Origin: a virus
Taxonomy: Duplodnaviria > Caudoviricetes
Virus record (IMG/VR): IMGVR_UViG_3300036766_002286
Direction: 5' to 3' (one strand)
DNA length: 64,000 nt
Below are positions 9,840-19,659 of the stretch, piece by piece (position 1 is the stretch's first letter; every line of letters begins with the position of its first letter). The notes under the pieces are model-generated. The model was not told the DNA's origin, searched no databases, and saw nothing but the letters and a program-made list of their open reading frames with translations. Position numbers and translations under genes: made by a program.

Positions 9840-12074
9840 GTGGACCCATCAAAGACAAGAATAACTAGACCTATATTTCTGACCCGAGAAGCAGGCTCTC
9901 TTAAACTTGCCTTTAGTTATAATCCAGCAATAGTAGAGAAGGTTAAAACTCTTCCGTACGCAAGCTTTGATGGGGACACTAACGCATGGAGTGTAGATTT
10001 AACTAAACAAGCAGTCGAGATTTTACGACAGTGGTTTTATACCGAAGGCCTAACCGATGTCTACGTTGATGAATTACTTAATCCAAACGAAGTTTTACCA
10101 GAAGCCTACCCAGCAATACTTCGGCCGGGTACTTTAAAACGTCCTTATGTGGTTTTAATGGGATTCCGTGATGAAAGCTTATTTGTCCGCCTCCGCAGTG
10201 TACCTGGGGCTCAGTGGGAAAAAAAGATGCGGGGATTGTCATATCCAGCCACCTCGGCCGCTGCTTTAAGTGAGCTTGTACAAAGAGGAGTAATTCATGA
10301 TACTCAACGAGTGTTAACACCTTCAAATATAACAGTAACTTTTGATGGCAGAACTGGAGTTTTTAAGGTTCTAGGGGACTCTAGAGCCCAGACTGCTTTT
10401 ATGCGTAATTTTCCAAGTCGTGATATTGTCAGTGATTGGCGCGCTAAAGGTTTTGATGTAGGCTTTGTCAATCAATTCGCAGAAGAAGTTTATAGAGGCG
10501 AACGCGCCCGCATCACTAAAGCAGTTCAGCCCGTAGGATTACTAGAACCTTTATTTGAGTATCAATGTTTAAATGTAGCAGTAGCCGTCGAACGCACTGG
10601 TTTTGGTGTGTGGGATCAGCCCGGCCTAGGTAAAACAGCAACCGCCATCGGCTGGGCCTGGGAACTAATTGTTAATCGTAAGTCTGCAGATCGAGTAATA
10701 ATTGTAGTCCCAGGTACTATAAAAACTCAGTTTGCTAGTGAAATAACTAGATTTACAGGAGATACAGATATTGTTATAGTAGACGGAGATAAAAAGAAAC
10801 GTATAGACCAATATAAGTGCGCCGCGAACGCGCGTTGGGTTATTTTAAATTATGAGCTTTTGCACTTAGATTACCAGTTCATACAACCACTGGTTGCTGG
10901 CTCCCTGCTTGTAGCTGATGAAGCCCATCGTCTAAAAACACGTACAAGTAAACGCACTAAAGCTATGCGCCAACTAGCACTTAAAGCTAGTCGAAGACTT
11001 GCCTTAAGTGGTACTCCTATCGAAAATAATCCAGGGGAATGGTATAATTTAATGAATGGTTTTGTTGTTCCTGGCATTTTTGGCAGCCCATTAGAATTTT
11101 TCAACCGCTACAGTTATCCGGGCCGCTTTGGTGGCTTTGAGGGTGCCCGTAATTTAGGAGAACTCCAGTTGCGCTCGAACCCGCATTATATTCGTCATAG
11201 AAAATCAGAGGTTGCCAAACACCTACCGCCCTTATTAGTAAAAAATGAAATAATCGATCCAGATGAGCGTTTAGCCGCCGCATTAAAACGAGCACATCGT
11301 GACGCCCAAGAAGAGATTGCTCAAGCCGCCAAAGACAAGAAAAAATTAGGAATTTTAGATGGAGAATTAGAAGATATCATAGAAACCGGCGCAGCCATGA
11401 CGGCTGTTGGTATGTTACGTTTAATGTGCTCATCTCCTAAATTAATATGGCAAAGCACAGCCCCTTCTGCAATTGCTTTATGTCAAGCCGGTTTAATACC
11501 AGATATTGATGGTCCTAAACTAGATGAACTTCGTCTCATGGTAGCTGAGTTACAAGAGGCGGGTGAACGAGTGGTTGTGTTTACGGGTTTCAGATCAATG
11601 GCCAAACTAATAGCAGAACGCTTTGATCAAGATAGTATTCGTTATGTGCTTTTTACTGGACATACTAGTAAAAAAGATAGAGAACTTTCAGTACTCAAAT
11701 TTAATACAGCTTCCACAGAAACAGATCCAGGTCCGACTGTTTTTCTAGCAACCGATGCTGGAAGTGAGGGGCTAAATCTCGGAAAATGTTGTTCAACAAT
11801 TATAAATTTTGATCTTGCTTTCAAACCATCAACCATGACGCAAAGAGCAAACCGTATCCATCGTGTTGACGGGGATCCTACTAAACGTTATCTTGTTATA
11901 AATTTTACACTTGCTAAAACCATTGAAGAAGGTATAATAAAGTTAGTAGGGACTAAAGCCGACTTATCTGACGCTATTTTAGGCGAGATGGGTACCAGAA
12001 AAAGCGCAACGGGTCGCGGTGGTCGTAACGTATATGAGCAGGCCTTAGAAAGTTGGCAAGAAGCTGCAAAATGA
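9840..12074 (+). CDS. SNF2-family helicase with N-terminal HARP-like repeats (SMARCAL1-like)
   Basis: DQPGLGKT, DEAH, LSGTP, TDAGSEGLNL, QRANRIHR; N-terminal 'FSYNPAIVEKVKTLP..F....AW' HARP-like. Start GTG 9840 fits CACAGT-7-start pattern (ORF track start 9801). Confidence 0.88.
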   Translation: MDPSKTRITRPIFLTREAGSLKLAFSYNPAIVEKVKTLPYASFDGDTNAWSVDLTKQAVEILRQWFYTEGLTDVYVDELLNPNEVLPEAYPAILRPGTLKRPYVVLMGFRDESLFVRLRSVPGAQWEKKMRGLSYPATSAAALSELVQRGVIHDTQRVLTPSNITVTFDGRTGVFKVLGDSRAQTAFMRNFPSRDIVSDWRAKGFDVGFVNQFAEEVYRGERARITKAVQPVGLLEPLFEYQCLNVAVAVERTGFGVWDQPGLGKTATAIGWAWELIVNRKSADRVIIVVPGTIKTQFASEITRFTGDTDIVIVDGDKKKRIDQYKCAANARWVILNYELLHLDYQFIQPLVAGSLLVADEAHRLKTRTSKRTKAMRQLALKASRRLALSGTPIENNPGEWYNLMNGFVVPGIFGSPLEFFNRYSYPGRFGGFEGARNLGELQLRSNPHYIRHRKSEVAKHLPPLLVKNEIIDPDERLAAALKRAHRDAQEEIAQAAKDKKKLGILDGELEDIIETGAAMTAVGMLRLMCSSPKLIWQSTAPSAIALCQAGLIPDIDGPKLDELRLMVAELQEAGERVVVFTGFRSMAKLIAERFDQDSIRYVLFTGHTSKKDRELSVLKFNTASTETDPGPTVFLATDAGSEGLNLGKCCSTIINFDLAFKPSTMTQRANRIHRVDGDPTKRYLVINFTLAKTIEEGIIKLVGTKADLSDAILGEMGTRKSATGRGGRNVYEQALESWQEAAK

Positions 12075-12186
12075 TTACTAGTAAGAGTAATCATTATTTG
12101 CAGATATCGGCGCAACCTGGCGTGCAGCTACTATGTGGATTTGTTCCTATACTGTTCTTCGATATGATTAAGACGGCGGTACTCTC

Positions 12187-13119
12187 ATGATAAATACACC
12201 AAAGCCAACAAAACCGCAACAACTAGGTATTAATGGACTACCGCTTGTTCCTATAACGAGTGCGGAATACAACGAACGTAATCAGGCCTTGTTTGCACGC
12301 AGATTAACAGTTGTGGCATCTCTTAAACTTGCACCCGGAAAATCTACGGCAAGTGTGCGAAAACATAATAAACTCAAAAGAGAATTAGAAAAGGTAGATA
12401 CTGAACTTGTGACTCTTAACTATGGTCTGGTACATAACTATGTAAAGAGATTCACATCAGCTTCTTCCAGCCACGATGCTAGAGATTTTGAGGGGGCTGC
12501 TGTAGTGGGGTTGATGATGGCAATTGGCTCCTATGATCCGACTTTTGGTTCAAAATTTTCTACATGGGCCTATAAGCCCATACAGCGCGCGTGTTTAAAG
12601 GCTGTTCGTGACGCGGATTTTAAAGAACTTACTACTGCTGATTTTGAGAAAAGACCTGATATATTACGTGCCACTAAAAAAGTTCAACTAAAAAACCCTA
12701 CGGTTAGTATAATAGATTATGCAGCTATAGCAAAAATATCAGGAGCATCTGTTGAGACTGTAAAACGAGTACTACATGCCCCTACCACAGATTCGCTTTC
12801 TCGCCCAGTAGGCGATGACACCACATCTGATTTGTCAGATACGCTACCAGATCTCGCCCTCGGTGTGGAAGATCTGGTACTTAGTTCCCATGAAGTTACA
12901 AGTCTTGAAAACTATGGTTTAACAGCCTTAGACGCTAGAGAATTTTTTGTCATATCCAGACGATACGGTTTAGATGGCGATGTCCCACAGCGATTGAGCG
13001 CGATTGGAAAAATGTTAAAATTATCACGTGAAGCTGTTCGTCAAATAGAAGCTAAAGCGCTAAGCAAGCTGAATCATCCAATCATTAGACGGAAACTTGT
13101 ACGTCACGGCCGGCCTTAG
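12187..13119 (+). CDS. Sigma-70 family RNA polymerase sigma factor
   Basis: NYGLV..YVKRF, GLMMAIGSYDPTFGSKFSTWA, region 4 'LSREAVRQIEAKALSKL'. Confidence 0.92.
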   Translation: MINTPKPTKPQQLGINGLPLVPITSAEYNERNQALFARRLTVVASLKLAPGKSTASVRKHNKLKRELEKVDTELVTLNYGLVHNYVKRFTSASSSHDARDFEGAAVVGLMMAIGSYDPTFGSKFSTWAYKPIQRACLKAVRDADFKELTTADFEKRPDILRATKKVQLKNPTVSIIDYAAIAKISGASVETVKRVLHAPTTDSLSRPVGDDTTSDLSDTLPDLALGVEDLVLSSHEVTSLENYGLTALDAREFFVISRRYGLDGDVPQRLSAIGKMLKLSREAVRQIEAKALSKLNHPIIRRKLVRHGRP

Positions 13120-13133
13120 ATTTAAAACACAAA

Positions 13134-13151
13134 GACCCCCTTGCGGGGGCC
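13134..13151. terminator. Hairpin between convergent sigma genes (probable terminator)
   Basis: CCCCC-TTGC-GGGGG stem in the 37-bp gap. Confidence 0.45.
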
Positions 13152-13156
13152 AATTG

Positions 13157-14509
13157 TTATACTACAACTGTACTGTGAATTATATCCCACAGCTCATTTG
13201 TAGCATTAGCGGATTCAAGGTCATTTCGGTCCCCGGCGTAAATAAATGTTTTTGCAATGTTTGCACGAACATATGCCGGAAAGCTTGTTAACCTTATATC
13301 CCAGTTTTGAAACAATGTCCACAATGCTTGAGCGGCACTTGCCTCTCCAATGTGGATCTTTGTTTTGATGTCTGTTGCAGTAATACCTTTTGAACCTCGA
13401 GTTGCTATATCAGCTATCATGCTGCGGCTTAGAAACATAAATTCCTCACCAATCAACTTTAAGATATCATTTTGTGTATTACTGTTAAGTTTTTGCCCAA
13501 CAACGCTATCAGAATAACGAGTTAGTCTGCCTCTAAGATCTTCAAAGCTTGAAGATCTGTAGTTTGTAACATGGGCGGTAGTTTCCCCGAGAAGCTTAGC
13601 TATTTCAATGTCAGAAGGTCGCTCAAGAGTTTTTTCCATTAAAGCAGATTCAATAATACGAATCTTTGCTTTAGTTTCTACTCTTCTAGCTATCTCGCGT
13701 CCAATACCCGTAAAACTCGCAACTTCTAATAACGAAGGAGTGTATACTCCATATAGTCCGCATCTTTGTGAAATAATCCAAAACTCCAGGTCATTAAGAT
13801 CTGATAGATAATGCTCAAAAGGAATTTCCATTCCATTTATATCTAATTTATCAGCCAGCATGCTGCCCATAGTTGTTGGATCAGTATTATGGTTACCAGT
13901 AAATATAGGTTGTTCCAGAGATGCAGGTGCACCTTCAAATATGTGAAGTACTTTATCTACAGATAGCCCGGTGAATGCAGCAGTCTCTTCTACAGTAGGC
14001 ATTCTACTTAATCTTACTGCCATCTGTCCTTGAGCGAGGATAACTTGTTTGCGCAAATTAAAATCTGCTTGAGAAATATGTGAAAATTCATTGCGTCTGA
14101 CCGTTCTTTGAACAGCGCCTGCCATGAATTGTCGTGAAAATGTAGAAAAAGCTACTCCCCGATCTGGGTCATACTTTTTGAACGCTTCCCATAATCCCAA
14201 AGTTGCTGCAGACACATTGTCTTGATCTGCGTCAACACCGCGTTGAAATAAACGGGCTTGCGAGTGAATAAGACGTTCATTGATAATGAAAAATTCTCTA
14301 CCAATAGCGTCTAATTCTCTTGCTAATTTGCGAGATAAAGAGTTATTATGTTGCACCTTTTCAGTTGCAAGGAGCGCAGTTATTTCAATATAACGGCGCC
14401 TCAACGTCGGATTTCGATCGGCCCATGCGATATCTGTTTTAGATACTACAGGTTTCAATGCCACCCGAGGCGTGTTTGTACTATTTTTTTTACCTTTGTG
14501 TGTGGCCAT
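13157..14509 (-). CDS. Sigma-70 family factor with duplicated C-terminal region-3/region-2-like modules
   Basis: GLWEAFKKYDPDRGVAFSTF (region 2), RMPTVEETAAFTG (region 3), SLLEVASFTGIGREIARRVE (region 4), then ERPSDIEIAKLLG and ALWTLFQNWD..LTSFPAYV. Confidence 0.85.
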   Translation of the reverse strand: MATHKGKKNSTNTPRVALKPVVSKTDIAWADRNPTLRRRYIEITALLATEKVQHNNSLSRKLARELDAIGREFFIINERLIHSQARLFQRGVDADQDNVSAATLGLWEAFKKYDPDRGVAFSTFSRQFMAGAVQRTVRRNEFSHISQADFNLRKQVILAQGQMAVRLSRMPTVEETAAFTGLSVDKVLHIFEGAPASLEQPIFTGNHNTDPTTMGSMLADKLDINGMEIPFEHYLSDLNDLEFWIISQRCGLYGVYTPSLLEVASFTGIGREIARRVETKAKIRIIESALMEKTLERPSDIEIAKLLGETTAHVTNYRSSSFEDLRGRLTRYSDSVVGQKLNSNTQNDILKLIGEEFMFLSRSMIADIATRGSKGITATDIKTKIHIGEASAAQALWTLFQNWDIRLTSFPAYVRANIAKTFIYAGDRNDLESANATNELWDIIHSTVVV

Positions 14510-14546
14510 GGCCTATACTATTGCTGCTATTTCAGCCAGACCAAGT

Positions 14547-15233
14547 TTATAGAAAGTCTAATTCAGAAGCTTTTTTCAATACCGCTTTATATGCTAAGTT
14601 TGCCAGCTCTAAAGTAACTACTGCATCTGATATATTATAAGCTCTAAGTTCTTTACCCGTCAGGTCATGTATGCCGTCTCCATTTACTTCAACTGGAGTA
14701 AAGCCCAGAAATTTAGCTACAGGTTTTAAAGACCAAGTAATATTATTAAATCTGGCCATATCTTCATACAGTGGCGCTATATCCACATGTATTAAGTTAT
14801 GCCACCTCGCATGTACTGGTAATCCTAATTCTAAAGACATTGGATATTTTGGCACCATATCAGGATCGGCTTTCACACGCAGCCCCAGATCTAAGCCTAG
14901 TTTGCTTGCTCTAACATTAACAAAAGGAATATCAAAACCGCAACCATTCCAAGTCACAAGTATCCCTTGATGTAAACTAATAATATCATCACAATCTATG
15001 AGCAAAGCACGTTCGTCTGCATTAGTTAAACAAACCGGAATTCTGTCATTGAATGCTAGACCTGCTGCAACTATCTGAGCTAGTTCTGGATTGAAGCCGT
15101 TTCCATCTGATGTATCAGTTTCTATATCAAAAGATATAAAAGGGCATTTTTGTGGTGCAGCATCGTCTGCTACTACCAATCTTGGAGTGCTCGCTTCTAG
15201 GACAGCTGCGTATTTTGTAGGATTTATAGCCAT
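14547..15233 (-). CDS. DnaQ-like (DEDDy) 3'-5' exonuclease
   Basis: ExoI FDIETD, ExoII WNGCGFDIPF, ExoIII YNISD. Confidence 0.85.
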   Translation of the reverse strand: MAINPTKYAAVLEASTPRLVVADDAAPQKCPFISFDIETDTSDGNGFNPELAQIVAAGLAFNDRIPVCLTNADERALLIDCDDIISLHQGILVTWNGCGFDIPFVNVRASKLGLDLGLRVKADPDMVPKYPMSLELGLPVHARWHNLIHVDIAPLYEDMARFNNITWSLKPVAKFLGFTPVEVNGDGIHDLTGKELRAYNISDAVVTLELANLAYKAVLKKASELDFL

Positions 15234-15324
15234 GCTTTTATTGTGCCATACTTATTCAATCTAGCACTCATCTTAAATTTAGAGCTCCAAGACGAATTTA
15301 AGAGCGCCTGCACAATATAATACT

Positions 15325-16437
15325 ATGAATAGTATCCAAGTAATTGTCTTATTTATTGCCTCCGTACTACTAACTAAACCTCTTGTTCTCTTAGCCGCCA
15401 ATCGCTCAAAGCACCAGCCCCTTCCGTACCACTTAGACGAAGAGAGAAATATTTTAGCCACAGTATTAAAAAATCCAGCGTCCATAGAGCTTATAGCCGA
15501 CTTGCAAGCCGATCATTTTGTAGATCCTACTTATGGGCGACTGTGGAGTATTATGCATAAATATGTTAATACTTCAAAATCAACACATACAGTTCATGTA
15601 CATCCAAAATTTCCAGATGATGATATAGATCTACATGACTCTTCTCCTTTATTAGACATATTTGATGTTCCAGATATTGCATTAGCTAGTGCACTTTTAA
15701 GTTACGATTCTCTAAACTCAAACGACCTAGTACATCAAGCAGAGCTAGTATATAATTCTGGACTTAGTCGTGACCAATATGTGGGGCGCCTTTCAATAGA
15801 ACAAACAGGGGACCCGCTACTTCCCTTGCACTATGAAGTGCTGCCAGCAACCAAATTTTCTATATTCACAACTTTTATGATGTTATTTATTGGTTTTCGT
15901 GTATCACATATAACAGCTAATAGCTTATATGAAGGATCAGCTGCAACCTTAATGACTCTTTCATTAAGTGTTCTAGTTATAGGATCAGTAATATGGACAT
16001 TGGTCGATATAGATACCCTATATATAGACGTGGCCAGTTTATATGTCATCGGGGGCCTGGCTTGGATTCTTGCAGTAGCAGGATCTTATGTAAACCATAC
16101 TTTAAATACCCAACTCCTTGGGGTTGGAGCCGCCATGGTTGTGGTTTTATTTATAGGAGTCATAAGTCGTTTTTACACCAGTATTCGTAGTCAAACAGGC
16201 ATGGGTGGTGGAGATTATAAAATAATGCTAATTACAATAGGTGTACCCGTAGCCGTTACAGGTAATTTTGTTTTAGGAAATCAAATTTTAATGTTTTCAT
16301 TATTTTCCGGTATAGTTGGGTGGTTGATTAAACGTTGCACACAACCCGGTTTTACTAAGGACAGCCCGTATGCCTTTGGGCCGTATTTAGCTGGCGGCTG
16401 GATTATAGCTTTAGCTGTCTGGCGGTTGTTTTCATGA
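15325..16437 (+). CDS. Fusion: N-terminal TM helix + DnaB N-terminal-like domain + A24 prepilin peptidase
   Basis: 'EERNILATVLKNP...LQADHFVDPTYGRLW' parallels 'EAEVSVISALLTTP...LSAEDFAIVAHQDIY' of neighbouring DnaB; C-half is multi-TM with VDIDT, GMGGGDYK, PYAFGPYL peptidase motifs. Confidence 0.78.
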   Translation: MNSIQVIVLFIASVLLTKPLVLLAANRSKHQPLPYHLDEERNILATVLKNPASIELIADLQADHFVDPTYGRLWSIMHKYVNTSKSTHTVHVHPKFPDDDIDLHDSSPLLDIFDVPDIALASALLSYDSLNSNDLVHQAELVYNSGLSRDQYVGRLSIEQTGDPLLPLHYEVLPATKFSIFTTFMMLFIGFRVSHITANSLYEGSAATLMTLSLSVLVIGSVIWTLVDIDTLYIDVASLYVIGGLAWILAVAGSYVNHTLNTQLLGVGAAMVVVLFIGVISRFYTSIRSQTGMGGGDYKIMLITIGVPVAVTGNFVLGNQILMFSLFSGIVGWLIKRCTQPGFTKDSPYAFGPYLAGGWIIALAVWRLFS

Positions 16438-17831
16438 CAAATGACCCAGCTAGGTACCTTCCAGCTGACATGGAAGCGGAAGTCAGTGTTATTAGCGCGT
16501 TACTGACTACTCCAGAACTCTTTTTAGATATTACCGCCGTATTATCTGCGGAAGATTTTGCTATTGTTGCTCATCAGGATATCTATCGTGCTGCTGTACA
16601 ATGTGATGCGACAGGTCAACCTGTAGACGCTATAACTGTGGCAGACGCCTTGAAGCGCGTTAAGCGTTTAAATAAAGTAGGCGGCCAAAAAGCGCTTGAT
16701 GCTTTTGTTAATAATACAAGTGAAGTAATAAATATACTAGCACATGCTAATATAGTATTAGACAAATCAAAATTACGAAGACTTCTTGCTGCAGGAAAAA
16801 ATATAGCAACTGCCGCAACTTCTCCTGACGCGGTTGCAACAGTTGTCCTTGAATCAGCCGAGGAGCAGATATTTGAATTGGGTCGGGAACGCACCCATAG
16901 TAGTATGTTAGAAATGGCTCAAGCAGTCCCGCAAATGTTAGACAGCCTCGCCAAAGCTCGTGCTTGTTCACTAGTCGGCCACTCTAGCGGTATTGAGGGT
17001 CTAGATAAACTTACCGGAGGTTTTCAAGGCGGACAGCTTATTATATTAGCCGCACGTCCGGCCATGGGGAAATCAGCACTGGGTGTTCAGATAGCCAGAC
17101 ATATAGCAGAAACAACCGGCACCTATGTACCGCTCTTAAGCTACGAGATGAGTGTTACAGAAATAACTACTAGAATGCTAGCCACAGCCACTGGTTATGA
17201 TCTTCTAAAATTAAAAAGCGGTAGCATTCCAGAAAACATGTCTCATAATATGGCTCAAGCAGCACAAAAAATGGCAGAATTAACAATGCTTATAGATGAT
17301 AATCCGCCATCAACTATCGGCGGGGTCAGATCCGCCATGAGAAGGCTAGCACGTAGAGGAGAAGTTGGCGCCATTGTGATAGACTATTTACAACTTATGA
17401 GTGGAGAAAACAAGTTCTACTCAGAAAATCGTAATCAAGAAGTCTCAGAAATATCTAGAGGTCTAAAACGCTTAGCCACTGAATTAAATGTCCCCATCAT
17501 AGCCTTATCACAACTTAATCGTCAACTAGAACAACGTCAAGAAAAACGCCCCGGTTTGTCAGATCTTAGAGAATCAGGATCACTCGAACAAGACGCCAAT
17601 GCAGTTCTATTTTTATTTCGTGAGCACGTATATAATACTACTGTTCCAGCCGACCGAGCAGAATTAATAGTAGCAAAGCAGCGCAATGGCCCGCTTGGTA
17701 CTATACATTTATCTTTTAATGGTGCATGTGCTAAATTTACTGAAAATATTAACAGAGGCGCCGCAGCTCCGCCAGGTACGCTCAACAGCCCAAGTAAAAT
17801 GCAATCACGAAATAATCTAGGTTTTCAATAA
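16434..17831 (+). CDS. dnaB: Replicative DNA helicase DnaB
   Basis: AARPAMGKS, SYEMS, VIDYLQLM, ALSQLNR, LRESGSLEQDA, AKQRNGP; ATGA overlap with upstream gene. Confidence 0.96.
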   Translation: MTNDPARYLPADMEAEVSVISALLTTPELFLDITAVLSAEDFAIVAHQDIYRAAVQCDATGQPVDAITVADALKRVKRLNKVGGQKALDAFVNNTSEVINILAHANIVLDKSKLRRLLAAGKNIATAATSPDAVATVVLESAEEQIFELGRERTHSSMLEMAQAVPQMLDSLAKARACSLVGHSSGIEGLDKLTGGFQGGQLIILAARPAMGKSALGVQIARHIAETTGTYVPLLSYEMSVTEITTRMLATATGYDLLKLKSGSIPENMSHNMAQAAQKMAELTMLIDDNPPSTIGGVRSAMRRLARRGEVGAIVIDYLQLMSGENKFYSENRNQEVSEISRGLKRLATELNVPIIALSQLNRQLEQRQEKRPGLSDLRESGSLEQDANAVLFLFREHVYNTTVPADRAELIVAKQRNGPLGTIHLSFNGACAKFTENINRGAAAPPGTLNSPSKMQSRNNLGFQ

Positions 17832-17987
17832 ATTATCGCATATTTATTAAAATTATTATACTTTAATAAATATATAGCATCGCTTGCCTTGTATTGCATA
17901 CAATAGGCACAAAAATAGCACAACTACCTTGTTCGTATTCGGTCTAGAACAATTGCGCAATATAGCTACCCGCGCACAATATAATAT

Positions 17988-18260
17988 ATGAAACAACTGC
18001 AGCCAGACAGTCTGCTTGATAGCTTGGGTATTGATTCTTTGGCCATACAAGACTCGGTAACTTCAGCTGTACTTGAATACCTAAAAGCTAAGCATATAGA
18101 TGCCAGTGTATATGGTATACGTTGGGGAAGATTAACTATTCAAGCGAATCAACACAATGCAGCACTTTTATGTTATGAGCGCGACTCTTTATTAAAGATC
18201 ATACGTGATAACAGTAAAAATAAAATAACAGAAATACGTATCAAAATAGGAGATCTCTAA
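17988..18260 (+). CDS. DciA (DUF721)-like helicase-loader protein
   Basis: 'IRWGRLTIQA...AALLCYERDSLLKII....ITEIRIKI' matches the DciA fold pattern; lies directly after dnaB; promoter TTGCGC-16-CACAAT-7-ATG. Confidence 0.55.
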   Translation: MKQLQPDSLLDSLGIDSLAIQDSVTSAVLEYLKAKHIDASVYGIRWGRLTIQANQHNAALLCYERDSLLKIIRDNSKNKITEIRIKIGDL

Positions 18261-18850
18261 TGAGTGAGTTTACTTTAGGCGTAGATTTAGATGGGGTAGT
18301 TGCGGACTATGAAGGCCGTCTGCGCGAAATCGCAGCCGAAATATTAAAACTTGATGTGAAAAAATTCCCGCAAGCCACAAATTGGAGTTTTGTTGACTCG
18401 GGTTGGCCATTTGATGATGTGCAACATTATCTAGAAGTACATAAAGAAGCAGTGAGATCTCATGGATTGTTTAGACGCATGGCGACTATACAAGGTGCAA
18501 GCGAGGCACTTTGGCGTATGAGCGATGCTGGGATACGAGTACGTATAATAACTCATAGATTAGTAGTTAATGGTTCGCACGCTATTGCAGTGAGCGATAC
18601 CGTTAATTGGCTTGATGATAAAAGAATCCCTTATCGCGATATATGCTTTGTACGAGATAAAGCAGTAGTGGGGGCGGATTTGTACATTGATGATAGTCCT
18701 AATAATATTAAAATTTTACGAGAATCAGCCGGAGATGATGCCGTCATGATTTACGATCAATTATATAACAGACATATGGACGGTCTGCGCGCGTACAATT
18801 GGGATGATGTTTTAGCACGAGTCGCTCTACAAACAGGTCTAGAGTTATAG
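18260..18850 (+). CDS. 5'(3')-deoxyribonucleotidase (NT5C-type HAD phosphatase)
   Basis: GVDLDGVVADY, IITHR, DK, YIDDSPNNI, YNR motifs. Confidence 0.88.
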   Translation: MSEFTLGVDLDGVVADYEGRLREIAAEILKLDVKKFPQATNWSFVDSGWPFDDVQHYLEVHKEAVRSHGLFRRMATIQGASEALWRMSDAGIRVRIITHRLVVNGSHAIAVSDTVNWLDDKRIPYRDICFVRDKAVVGADLYIDDSPNNIKILRESAGDDAVMIYDQLYNRHMDGLRAYNWDDVLARVALQTGLEL

Positions 18851-19026
18851 AATCTTAACTATATTTTATATTTATTACGCAATCCCTTCACCGAAAATTC
18901 GAAGGCATTTAGTGCCGATCCAAATTCTTAGGTATAGTAAACTTTAATACGTCACTCTCTACTTGCCATGATTGCTTGGGTATATTTATATTCATTTGCA
19001 ATAAATTGTCACGGCTCGATCTGCAC

Positions 19027-19659
19027 TCATAAACCTATTGCCCCCTCCATGTTTGCATCAGTAAACACAGTATTATGCACTTTACTTTTAGAAAAATCAA
19101 CATCAGTCAGGTTACATCTGCTAAAATCAGTATAGGATATTGAAGTGTTTCGCAAGTCAGCTCCTCTAAGGTCAGCTCCTTCAAAGCTACAACGGGACAC
19201 ATCAGCATCCTTCAGTTCTATATTTTGCATGTCGGCACCCGTAAAATCAGAACGAGTCAAAGTGGCCTGTTGCATCCAAGCACCTCTTAAATCGGCCCTA
19301 GCCAGGCACGCATCAGCAAACACTGCGTGCCGTAAATTACAGGCATGAGACGCACCAAGTCCTCCACCGCTACACATAATAGCACTGGTTAAGTTCGTAA
19401 AAGTAAAATTAGCATATAGTAAGCTAGCTCTAGTTAAATTAGCGCAAGTAAGGTTGGCTCCGTAAAAATTAGCATCCATCATGTTGGCACCAGCGAGTTG
19501 GGCGTAGGACAAGTCAGTACGTACAAATTTAGAGTTAGTTAGATTGAATTTAGTTAGGTCTGCTCCACTTAAGTTGAACCGGCTCATATCAGTTTCTACT
19601 AAAGAACCGTCATTTTTAATTCTTTCTAGTATTTCCTCGAGAGTCAGTTTAACAAGCAT
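19027..19659 (-). CDS. Pentapeptide-repeat protein
   Basis: Continuous A(D/N)LXX repeats. Confidence 0.92.
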   Translation of the reverse strand: MLVKLTLEEILERIKNDGSLVETDMSRFNLSGADLTKFNLTNSKFVRTDLSYAQLAGANMMDANFYGANLTCANLTRASLLYANFTFTNLTSAIMCSGGGLGASHACNLRHAVFADACLARADLRGAWMQQATLTRSDFTGADMQNIELKDADVSRCSFEGADLRGADLRNTSISYTDFSRCNLTDVDFSKSKVHNTVFTDANMEGAIGL

